Shown here one piece after another: positions 54,475 through 60,532 of a stretch of 64,000 nucleotides of DNA (position 1 is its first letter; the number at the start of each line of letters is the position of its first letter). Below the pieces are notes generated by a model. The model was not told the DNA's origin, searched no databases, and saw only the letters and a program-made list of their open reading frames with translations. Source of the DNA: a virus. The stretch spans positions 32,001 to 96,000 of the IMG/VR virus record IMGVR_UViG_3300045988_001753; one strand, written 5' to 3'. Made by a program: the position numbers and the translations under genes.

Positions 54475-55014
54475 TTATAGTGCCAAGTCATCTTCAAATA
54501 TAGTCTTTTCTCCCTGTCCCCTCATCTTACCTGAACTCCTCATTTCAGAGTTAAGTGCTTTCTCAGCCTCATCCAAATCCCTAATGAGAGGTGTAATCTG
54601 TTTCACAATGGCTGTAATCTCCTTAAACTCCTTAACCTCAAGACTATCAAAGTCCAGCTCTCTTAGTTTTGCTCTGAACTTATTAACCATAAACCTCGTG
54701 TCTTCAAGGAGTAATGCAGAGATTGGCTTGAATGATTTATAAAATTCCATTGCTTCTGTTACTATCCTGTCTGGTTCCCATTTAGGAGGTAATCCTTCTC
54801 CCTCTTTAATGGCTTCCATTCTCTCCTTGTCATCTACAAGGTATTGATAGTCACTTCTTGGGTCACAAAAGAAGTATATGAAGCCAAGTTCCATAATAGC
54901 CTTATCCTTATTAACAGTCTTGTCTCTTTGCCATATCTGCCTAAATGGTTTAAGAGCAAAGGCTTCCTCAGATATTACTATCTTGTAACCCTCATATTTG
55001 AATAATTTCAACAT
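54475..55014 (-). CDS. hypothetical protein (start revised; possible small terminase by position only)
   Basis: The track ORF 54475-55083 runs through a hairpin plus T11 terminator (55025-55072). The internal ATG at 55014 (MLKLFKYEGYKIV...) gives 179 aa downstream of that structure. Confidence 0.5.
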   Translation of the reverse strand: MLKLFKYEGYKIVISEEAFALKPFRQIWQRDKTVNKDKAIMELGFIYFFCDPRSDYQYLVDDKERMEAIKEGEGLPPKWEPDRIVTEAMEFYKSFKPISALLLEDTRFMVNKFRAKLRELDFDSLEVKEFKEITAIVKQITPLIRDLDEAEKALNSEMRSSGKMRGQGEKTIFEDDLAL

Positions 55015-55024
55015 AAAGTCTGGT

Positions 55025-55072
55025 AAAAAAAAAAAGAGTGTATTAGGATTGGTTTTCCTGATACACTCTTTT
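55025..55072 (-). terminator. rho-independent terminator after the GroES-like gene
   Basis: Minus strand stem AAAAGAGTGTAT / ATACACTCTTTT with a 17-nt loop, running into a T11 tract. Begins 4 nt after stop 55076-55078. Confidence 0.7.
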
Positions 55073-55075
55073 GAG

Positions 55076-55507
55076 TTATACAATTAATTTCTTCTTCTCT
55101 GGTTGAATAATAGGTGAAGGAGTTGGGTCAGGAACTTCCTCATACTCTTCGATAATGAAGTCAATATCCCTATCCTGTAGCAATAGACACTGCTTTCCAT
55201 CCATCTCAACAACATCAAAATTGTAAGTAGTAACAGGATTGTCAGTTACAATTCCATCTTTAAGAGTGCCTACTTGATGTTTTCTTACTGCAAACCTTGT
55301 AGGGTTTACACACACTATATCACCTACCTTTATATCTCTTACTGAACTACCTACTGCAAGTACAGTTTGATATTCTTTTAATCCACCCTGCTGCTTAGTA
55401 GTATCAATTAGACCACCTCTTGTAGTTACATCATGTTCATACTTATCCATTGTAGTGATAAGTGCAGTGAACATTGGCTTTATTTTCTTAACCTTCAACA
55501 TACTCAA
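55076..55507 (-). CDS. GroES/Cpn10-like co-chaperonin (putative)
   Basis: 143 aa. Collinear with the GroES pattern: KIKPM (I.P), mobile-loop-like TTRGGLIDTTKQQGG, TVLAVGSS (VlAVG), IKVGDIVCVN (vKvGD.V), LLLQDRDIDFIIEE. Confidence 0.55.
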   Translation of the reverse strand: MSMLKVKKIKPMFTALITTMDKYEHDVTTRGGLIDTTKQQGGLKEYQTVLAVGSSVRDIKVGDIVCVNPTRFAVRKHQVGTLKDGIVTDNPVTTYNFDVVEMDGKQCLLLQDRDIDFIIEEYEEVPDPTPSPIIQPEKKKLIV

Positions 55508-55796
55508 TAACTTTTATACCATATTCTACAGCACAAGAGTGCTCAATCTTACAACCTCTATATTTGTCCCAGTCTTTAGCAAAATATGCAGCATCTGCTA
55601 CAGATAATAGCTCAATTGATTTACCCAAGAACCATAGAGGTCTTGCATCTACTGGTGCATCTTTGAAGAAGCTATCAATCACTTCTACATCATCATTGAG
55701 TACTGCCTTAGCCTCTTCCACAGCTTTGGCTCTTTCAGCTTCTATTTCTTCATTTGTCTTACCCTTCATGGGCTGACTAATAAACAATTTCTTCAT
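55488..55796 (-). CDS. DUF4406 / nucleoside 2-deoxyribosyltransferase-like protein (putative)
   Basis: 102 aa. MKKLFISQPMKGKT at the N-terminus and LLSVADAAYFAKDWDKYRGCKIEHSCAVEYGIKV match the remembered family pattern (MKIYIsGPMtG ... cD.vy.l.gWe.S.Ga..E...A...G). Confidence 0.45.
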   Translation of the reverse strand: MKKLFISQPMKGKTNEEIEAERAKAVEEAKAVLNDDVEVIDSFFKDAPVDARPLWFLGKSIELLSVADAAYFAKDWDKYRGCKIEHSCAVEYGIKVIEYVEG

Positions 55797-56062
55797 TTCT
55801 TCTCCCTTATCTGTTTAATAAACTTGAGTCTCTTTTTCATACCTAACATCCTATCATAAGTGCAAGTCAGTTTACCCAGTGATGGAATGTTGAAATTTGT
55901 TCTTAACTTAGCAAAATCCTCTTCATTAAGATTCTCCTTTAATGGCAAGGACTGTATTGATTGGTTAATAAATAACCAAAATGCCTTATATGTTTTATCT
56001 ACCACTTCTTTAGGTAAATTCAACTCTTCAGAAACCTTACCAATTATATCAGGATAATTCAT
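55793..56062 (-). CDS. small HU/IHF-like DNA-binding protein (tentative)
   Basis: 89 aa. The N-terminal helix pattern IIGKVSEELNLPKEVVDKTYKAF and NIPSLGKL resemble the HU/IHF N-terminal half. The beta-arm region is not evident. Confidence 0.3.
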   Translation of the reverse strand: MNYPDIIGKVSEELNLPKEVVDKTYKAFWLFINQSIQSLPLKENLNEEDFAKLRTNFNIPSLGKLTCTYDRMLGMKKRLKFIKQIREKK

Positions 56063-56442
56063 TTCAATTCAAAAAGTAACAATAGTTGGAAAGTGCCAGT
56101 CTCTTCATCAATGTTGGGAATAAACCTTGGATTAATCTTACCATCAATGATAACTTTATTCTTCCTTAGCTTGCCCATAATTACCTGAAAGTGTGGGAGA
56201 GTGATATTACACTCTTCCCTTACTTTCTTCTTTGTATCTTCACTCATTGTAACCTTATCAAGTATCTCATTGTCCTTGATAACTTTACTGAGTTCATATC
56301 TTTGCTTGACAAAGGATGTAATTACATCAATCTCTCTATCAGTTAGCTTATGAAAAGGCTCTAAAAATTCAAACCAATATCTAAAGAATTTACCATTTAA
56401 TGAAGTGGGGATTCTAACTATATTGTTAGCCTTCTTCATCAT
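56059..56442 (-). CDS. hypothetical protein (possible winged-helix/HTH regulator)
   Basis: 127-aa ORF. The LTDREIDVITSFV segment resembles LuxR/sigma region-4 HTH starts. Weak evidence. Confidence 0.3.
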   Translation of the reverse strand: MMKKANNIVRIPTSLNGKFFRYWFEFLEPFHKLTDREIDVITSFVKQRYELSKVIKDNEILDKVTMSEDTKKKVREECNITLPHFQVIMGKLRKNKVIIDGKINPRFIPNIDEETGTFQLLLLFELK

Positions 56443-56447
56443 GTATC

Positions 56448-56780
56448 TTACTCTTCAGTTTTAATATCTGGTGTTTCCTCTTCCTTATTATCTTCCTCAA
56501 CCTCTTCAGGAACTGTCATAAGCTCCTCAATCTCAGCAATACACTTCTCAAGGAAGTCTTGCTTAAACATATGTCCATTCTCTACTACCTTAAACAAGTA
56601 GTCAAGTCTCTTGAACATGTTACCCATATTAGCAGCTTGCAGCTTCATATATAACTGCTTAGCCTGCTCACTAAGCTGATGAGCTATGTTCTCTAACTGC
56701 TCATAAGACATCTTTTCAGGTCTCTCTGTTTCCTTTGTTGTTGGTTGCATCTCTACAACCTTTCCCTTCTGCTCTTCCAT
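56448..56780 (-). CDS. hypothetical acidic protein
   Basis: 110-aa ORF with acidic termini, in the operon. Confidence 0.45.
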   Translation of the reverse strand: MEEQKGKVVEMQPTTKETERPEKMSYEQLENIAHQLSEQAKQLYMKLQAANMGNMFKRLDYLFKVVENGHMFKQDFLEKCIAEIEELMTVPEEVEEDNKEEETPDIKTEE

Positions 56781-56799
56781 TTTAATTTATATTAAGTTG

Positions 56800-57021
56800 T
56801 TAATATTCTTCAAGGAATTTATGTCCATATCTATTCTTGTATAGAGTCTCCCACTCTTCTATTGAACATTCTCCTATATCAGTGGAGCCACACTCATCAC
56901 AGTAATCTGAATCCTCCATTCTCGGAATGTTCCTAATATTCAATGATAGACAATGCTTGCAGTATAATACTGGCACTTCATTGTAATCATTAGGCTGATT
57001 TTCTGTGTTTAAGTTGCTCAT
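56800..57021 (-). CDS. small zinc-ribbon protein
   Basis: 73 aa with CKHC...CDEC (4-Cys ribbon). Confidence 0.5.
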   Translation of the reverse strand: MSNLNTENQPNDYNEVPVLYCKHCLSLNIRNIPRMEDSDYCDECGSTDIGECSIEEWETLYKNRYGHKFLEEY

Positions 57022-57319
57022 AAATCATCTTCTTTCTTTCATTAATAGTCCTACTGTGATGTCCCTTTCTCTTACAAGTATTAGCCTTGTTATTGAAGGG
57101 TCTCTTAGGGAAGATAATACCATCAAGAGATACATGACCTCTTCTGATTGCTCTCCTTACAGACTTGAACTTGCTTACTGCTTCATAAGTTCTTAGGTGA
57201 AGAATACCTTTTCCATAGAAATCTCCCACAATATCTACTCTATTCTTCTCCATATAATCCTTGAACTCCTCTTCACTCATCAAGGGTCTTTCTATTGTCT
57301 TCTGCTCTTCCATTTCCAT
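56990..57319 (-). CDS. hypothetical basic protein
   Basis: 109-aa ORF with a very basic C-terminal half. Confidence 0.45.
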   Translation of the reverse strand: MEMEEQKTIERPLMSEEEFKDYMEKNRVDIVGDFYGKGILHLRTYEAVSKFKSVRRAIRRGHVSLDGIIFPKRPFNNKANTCKRKGHHSRTINERKKMIYEQLKHRKSA

Positions 57320-57326
57320 AATGTTT

Positions 57327-57524
57327 TTATCTAAAGTAGATTAATACAAACTGACCATTTTCTTTAAGTAGAGAAACTATATCCTCTCTCTTAATTCCTT
57401 CCTCATTGGCTAACCTTACAATACCTCTGATTGTAGTATCAGTTAATGCAGTCATAACTTGATGAACCTCTGAACCATTGGTCTTTTTGGTCCTTGTCAT
57501 CTTTGCCTTTTCTATCTCTTCCAT
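57327..57524 (-). CDS. hypothetical small protein
   Basis: 65-aa ORF starting 14 nt downstream of the last tRNA of the array. Confidence 0.45.
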   Translation of the reverse strand: MEEIEKAKMTRTKKTNGSEVHQVMTALTDTTIRGIVRLANEEGIKREDIVSLLKENGQFVLIYFR

Positions 57525-57538
57525 ATTATCTAAATTAG

Positions 57539-57625
57539 TTGCGGAGGGTGGACTCGAACCACCAACACAGTATTACTGCTTCTCAAGGTTATGAGCCTTG
57601 CATGTTTCCATTACACTACCCCACG
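57539..57625 (-). tRNA. tRNA-Met(CAT), initiator-like acceptor end, atypical 20-nt variable arm
   Basis: Acceptor CGTGGGG/CTCCGCA (C1-A72 mismatch) with discriminator A, as in bacterial tRNA-fMet. Anticodon arm CAAGG-CTCATAA-CCTTG. Variable region AGAAGCAGTAATACTGTGTT. T arm GGTGG-TTCGAGT-CCACC. Confidence 0.7.
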
Positions 57626-57636
57626 ATGTATATTTG

Positions 57637-57708
57637 AGCAGATAGTGGGAATCGAACCCACACATTAACATTGGAAGTGTTACATACTAACCTTTATACT
57701 ATACCTGC
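57637..57708 (-). tRNA. tRNA-Gly(TCC)
   Basis: Acceptor GCAGGTA/TATCTGC. Anticodon arm TAACA-CTTCCAA-TGTTA. T arm GTGGG-TTCGATT-CCCAC. Confidence 0.85.
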
Positions 57709-57713
57709 ATTTG

Positions 57714-57786
57714 AGTAGATAATCAGATTTGAACTGACCCCTTGACATTGGCAATGTCATATGCTAACCACTAACACCATACCTAC
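57714..57786 (-). tRNA. tRNA-Gly(GCC)
   Basis: Acceptor GTAGGTA/TATCTAC. Anticodon arm TGACA-TTGCCAA-TGTCA. T arm GTCAG-TTCAAAT-CTGAT. Confidence 0.85.
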
Positions 57787-57793
57787 ATTATAG

Positions 57794-57867
57794 AGCCTCC
57801 TGAAGGATTTGAACCCTCTCTTCCTGTTTACAAGACAGGCTTGCTAAACCATTAACACTAAGGAGGC
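57794..57867 (-). tRNA. tRNA-Thr(TGT)
   Basis: Acceptor GCCTCCT/AGGAGGC. Anticodon arm CCTGT-CTTGTAA-ACAGG. T arm GAGGG-TTCAAAT-CCTTC. Confidence 0.85.
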
Positions 57868-57871
57868 ATTG

Positions 57872-57955
57872 TAGTCTAAGAGGGATTTGAACCCTCAATC
57901 CCTAAAGGGCGAGGGATTTTAAGTCCCTTGTGTATTCCAGTTCCACCATTAGACC
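57872..57955 (-). tRNA. tRNA-Leu(TAA)
   Basis: Acceptor GGTCTAA/TTAGACT. Anticodon arm AGGGA-CTTAAAA-TCCCT. Long variable arm CGCCCTTTAGGGATT. T arm GAGGG-TTCAAAT-CCCTC. The 5' end overlaps the HNH gene stop codon. Confidence 0.85.
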
Positions 57956-58416
57956 ATTTTATTTTTCCCTCTGTAATTGTCTGTCAGAGCATGACAATTA
58001 GGACATAAGAGCTGTAAATTACCTATTTCATTATTACTATTATTACCATCTTTGTGATGCAGCTCTAAAGGTATCTTTTGTCCTTGCCATTCGGACAATC
58101 CACATCTCTCACATCTATGTTCTTTTATATTTTCTGAAAGCAATCTTCTCTTTAGATTGTTTGAGTTATATCTTGAAGGATTTACAAGAATCCTACTAAG
58201 AGGGAATTTCTTAACTACTGGAGAATATCTTTCACCAGAGTTCCATCCCTGACCTGTAAAGTGGGAAGTATCTATATTGTATAAATCAATTGCTTGATGT
58301 ATAGTTCTGTAATTCCCTCCTACAGGCTTTATATGCAGGTATCTACATACCTGTGCTATACTAAGACTGTTTCTTATAGCCTCTTCATATACTTCTCTAC
58401 TTCTCAGTTTTGTCAT
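57949..58416 (-). CDS. HNH homing endonuclease
   Basis: 155 aa. C-terminal CERCG...LELHHKDGNNSNNEIGNLQLLCPNCH is the HNH/His-Me finger with flanking Cys pairs. Embedded in the tRNA array. Confidence 0.85.
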   Translation of the reverse strand: MTKLRSREVYEEAIRNSLSIAQVCRYLHIKPVGGNYRTIHQAIDLYNIDTSHFTGQGWNSGERYSPVVKKFPLSRILVNPSRYNSNNLKRRLLSENIKEHRCERCGLSEWQGQKIPLELHHKDGNNSNNEIGNLQLLCPNCHALTDNYRGKNKMV

Positions 58417-58862
58417 TAGTAAGGTCTTATATCACATAAGTGGAATAAGTAGTCATACTTATTGATATTCTGAATAAAGGTCTCACACTCAGATGCTATA
58501 CCTTTATAAATAGTCTCTTGAGGAATCTTATCATAAAATGCAATAGTAGCAGACTTAACTTCACTTATAAAGTCAAAAGCATTCAGTGCATCACTTGGAG
58601 TTCCCTTGATAGCATTAGGTTGCATTTTACCAAGTATTCCCATATATCCTTCTGCAAGACCATCCTGATAATCTGACAATATATCAAGAAACTCATCAAG
58701 ATATACATGGATATTCTTCTTAGGTGCTGCCCAATGCAAGTTCTTACACTTGGTCTTCCAACCTTCAAGTTGATTTAAGAAGTTAATAAAGAACTGAGAA
58801 CCAGATACTTCTGTACTTCTGCTTGATTCCATTGGAGTAAATAGGCTATCTTCTTCAAACAT
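58416..58862 (-). CDS. Dps/ferritin-like four-helix-bundle protein (putative)
   Basis: 148 aa. KNLHWAAPKKNIHVYLDEFLDILSDYQDGLAEGYMGILG parallels the Dps pattern HW..+G..F..lHe.ld....d.iAER...LG. The stop overlaps the HNH start (TAATG). Confidence 0.45.
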   Translation of the reverse strand: MFEEDSLFTPMESSRSTEVSGSQFFINFLNQLEGWKTKCKNLHWAAPKKNIHVYLDEFLDILSDYQDGLAEGYMGILGKMQPNAIKGTPSDALNAFDFISEVKSATIAFYDKIPQETIYKGIASECETFIQNINKYDYLFHLCDIRPY

Positions 58863-58882
58863 ATTCTCTTATTTTGATAGTG

Positions 58883-58913
58883 CAAAGTTAAGCAAAATAA
58901 TTGGAACTACCAA
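58883..58913 (-). promoter_or_regulatory. Bacteroidota-type promoter (TTG-N20-TAnnTTTG) inside the tRNA array
   Basis: Minus strand reads TTG-gtagttccaattattttgct-TAacTTTG, ending 20 nt before ATG 58862. Confidence 0.65.
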
Positions 58914-58946
58914 ATATTTTCCTAACTATTTTCAAATTATTTTTAG

Positions 58947-59035
58947 TACCCTCTAAGAGACTCGAACTCTTACACTACTATTACTTCATACTGGAGCCTA
59001 AATCCAGCGTGTCTACCAAATTCCACCAAGAGGGC
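58947..59035 (-). tRNA. tRNA-Leu(TAG)
   Basis: Acceptor GCCCTCT/AGAGGGT. Anticodon arm CTGGA-TTTAGGC-TCCAG. Long variable arm. T arm AAGAG-TTCGAGT-CTCTT. Confidence 0.85.
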
Positions 59036-59043
59036 ATTATAAG

Positions 59044-59127
59044 TACTCCTGAAGAGATTTGAACTCTTACTCTTTTTCAAGCTCTTGCTTTTGAGGCAAG
59101 TGTGTCTACCAATTCCACCACAGGAGT
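59044..59127 (-). tRNA. tRNA-Leu(CAA)
   Basis: Acceptor ACTCCTG/CAGGAGT. Anticodon arm CTTGC-CTCAAAA-GCAAG. Long variable arm. T arm AAGAG-TTCAAAT-CTCTT. Confidence 0.85.
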
Positions 59128-59132
59128 ATAAG

Positions 59133-59207
59133 TGGGTACTCAAAGAATCGAACTTTGTTCTAAGGATTTTCAGTCCTCCGCAATGTAACCATACCTGCCC
59201 AGCACCC
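59133..59207 (-). tRNA. tRNA-Phe(GAA)
   Basis: Acceptor GGGTGCT/AGTACCC. Anticodon arm GAGGA-CTGAAAA-TCCTT. T arm CAAAG-TTCGATT-CTTTG. Position 8 is G rather than T. Confidence 0.75.
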
Positions 59208-59274
59208 ATAAGACTTATTTGTGTCTCTACCCACATCACCTTCCATAAGTCAAGGACAAAGATTTCTATTGAAG

Positions 59275-59360
59275 TGGGAGTAAAAGGACTCGAACCTATT
59301 GTGTTTCTAATGTGCCAGATTTACAGTCTGGTGCCCATCCACCATCTGAGCAGTACTCCC
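59275..59360 (-). tRNA. tRNA-Tyr(GTA)
   Basis: Acceptor GGGAGTA/TACTCCC. Anticodon arm CCAGA-CTGTAAA-TCTGG. Long variable arm (bacterial type II). T loop TTCGAGT. Confidence 0.85.
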
Positions 59361-59537
59361 ATATATATTTATTACTCACTCCAACATCAAAGGAACTATA
59401 TTCCAACTGGAATAGTTCCTGTAGGTGTCCAAGCATAAGTCTTAGCAGCTTGTCTAAAGTATGCTTTAGCACCTCTCTTAATTAATGAAATAACCTTTTT
59501 CATAACAATTAAAATTTGGAGTTAATAATATGTTATG

Positions 59538-59610
59538 TTCCCCCATAAGGAGTCGAACCTTACTCTCAGGATTAAAAGTCCAGAGCATCCACCATCAATG
59601 CTTTGGGGGA
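59538..59610 (-). tRNA. tRNA-Lys(TTT)
   Basis: Acceptor TCCCCCA/TGGGGGA. Anticodon arm CTGGA-CTTTTAA-TCCTG (one T-T mismatch). T arm TAAGG-TTCGACT-CCTTA. Confidence 0.8.
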
Positions 59611-59632
59611 ATATTTGCCAAGGTTGAGGTTG

Positions 59633-59706
59633 TGCTCCCACAAGGACTTGAACCTTGAGTCCCCTGTTTAAGAGACAGGTGCTTTAACCAATTCAGCTAT
59701 AGGAGC
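59633..59706 (-). tRNA. tRNA-Lys(CTT)
   Basis: Acceptor GCTCCTA/TGGGAGC. Anticodon arm CCTGT-CTCTTAA-ACAGG. T arm CAAGG-TTCAAGT-CCTTG. Confidence 0.85.
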
Positions 59707-59707
59707 A

Positions 59708-59959
59708 TTATTTCTTTTCATACTTTTCAGACCATGCTTTAGTAATACCTGCTGATGCAAATACTCCAGCAACAGCACCTATATAAGCAGCAAGACCATT
59801 AAGGTCTGTCTGTATAGTATGATTATAACATACTTCTATTATAAGAAGTACAGCAGGAACTAATAGCAAAATTAAGCCTATTAAAGTAACTGCTACTAAG
59901 AAGAAGTTCTTTGAAGAAACTCCTGTATTATTACTTATTAATTTACCTAAATAACTCAT
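59708..59959 (-). CDS. small two-TM membrane protein (holin-like), start revised
   Basis: The track ORF 59708-59986 runs into tRNA-Cys. The internal ATG at 59959 gives 83 aa (MSYLGKLISNN...) with two hydrophobic helices (FFLVAVTLIGLILLLVPAVLLII; LAAYIGAVAGVFASAGI) and a charged tail KAWSEKYEKK. Confidence 0.5.
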   Translation of the reverse strand: MSYLGKLISNNTGVSSKNFFLVAVTLIGLILLLVPAVLLIIEVCYNHTIQTDLNGLAAYIGAVAGVFASAGITKAWSEKYEKK

Positions 59960-59961
59960 AG

Positions 59962-60035
59962 ACTTGGAGGTGGGATTTGAACCCACGAATCATCAGATTT
60001 GCAGTCTGTGCCATTAGCCACTCTGGTACTCCAAG
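59962..60035 (-). tRNA. tRNA-Cys(GCA)
   Basis: Acceptor CTTGGAG/CTCCAAG with discriminator T. Anticodon arm ACAGA-CTGCAAA-TCTGA. T arm GTGGG-TTCAAAT-CCCAC. Confidence 0.8.
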
Positions 60036-60039
60036 ATAG

Positions 60040-60113
60040 TACTCACAAAGGGACTTGAACCCCTGACCTTGAATGTATAAGATTCCTGCTCTGACCAACT
60101 GAGCTATGTGAGT
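60040..60113 (-). tRNA. tRNA-Ile(TAT)
   Basis: Acceptor ACTCACA/TGTGAGT. Anticodon arm GGAAT-CTTATAC-ATTCA. T arm AGGGG-TTCAAGT-CCCTT. Confidence 0.8.
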
Positions 60114-60117
60114 ATAT

Positions 60118-60194
60118 TGGGGTGTTAGATGGGATTTGAACCCATACCCTCCTGATTCACAGTCAGGACTTCTAACCAATTAAAATACTAACAC
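60118..60194 (-). tRNA. tRNA-His(GTG), the only tRNA with an encoded 3' CCA
   Basis: Acceptor GTGTTAG/CTAACAC, discriminator C then CCA. Anticodon arm CCTGA-CTGTGAA-TCAGG. T arm ATGGG-TTCAAAT-CCCAT. The base at -1 is T, so there is no encoded G-1. Confidence 0.85.
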
Positions 60195-60196
60195 AG

Positions 60197-60268
60197 TGCT
60201 GATGGAAAGACTCGAACTTTCAACTACTGCCTTATGAGAGCAGCCTTCTACCATTGAAGTACATCAAC
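60197..60268 (-). tRNA. tRNA-Met(CAT), elongator type (Ile2/lysidine alternative not excluded)
   Basis: Acceptor GTTGATG/CATCAGC. Anticodon arm CTGCT-CTCATAA-GGCAG. T arm GAAAG-TTCGAGT-CTTTC. Confidence 0.8.
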
Positions 60269-60297
60269 ATATATTCCTTAGAGACAAGGAATTAGAG

Positions 60298-60370
60298 TGG
60301 GCAAGTAAGGACTTGAACCTTCATTACTACCTTATCAGAGTAGCTTCCTGACCAATTAGAAGACATGCCC
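60298..60370 (-). tRNA. tRNA-Ile(GAT)
   Basis: Acceptor GGGCATG/CTTGCCC (T6-T67 mismatch). Anticodon arm CTACT-CTGATAA-GGTAG. T loop TTCAAGT. Confidence 0.8.
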
Positions 60371-60377
60371 ATTATAG

Positions 60378-60450
60378 CTGAGAAGGCAGGAGTTGAACCC
60401 ACAACTGCTGGTTTTGGAGACCAGTGTTCTACCAATTGAACTACTTCCCA
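60378..60450 (-). tRNA. tRNA-Trp(CCA)
   Basis: Acceptor TGGGAAG/CTTCTCA with discriminator G. Anticodon arm CTGGT-CTCCAAA-ACCAG. T arm GTGGG-TTCAACT-CCTGC. Confidence 0.85.
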
Positions 60451-60459
60451 ATTAATTAG

Positions 60460-60532
60460 CTGTAGGTAGTGGATTTGCACCACTGGTCTCCCCATTAGCA
60501 GTGGGGTGAGATTACTACTTCTCTAACCTACA
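60460..60532 (-). tRNA. atypical type-I tRNA with GCT (Ser AGY) anticodon, identity undetermined
   Basis: 73-nt cloverleaf with all stems perfectly paired: TGTAGGT-TA-GAGA-AGTAGTAA-TCTC-A-CCCCA-CTGCTAA-TGGGG-AGACC-AGTGG-TGCAAAT-CCACT-ACCTACA-G. The variable loop is short (5 nt), the D loop lacks GG, and the T loop is TGC instead of TTC. Confidence 0.6.

Noticed and set aside
58970-59438. ORF-track entries overlapping tRNA genes: 58970-59239, 59085-59438, 59943-60179, 60292-60495, 60609-60875 and 61656-61877.
   Set aside because: They run straight through well-formed tRNA cloverleaves, or through the array promoter/leader. Their open frames are explained by the tRNA sequences, and their translations have no protein-like features.
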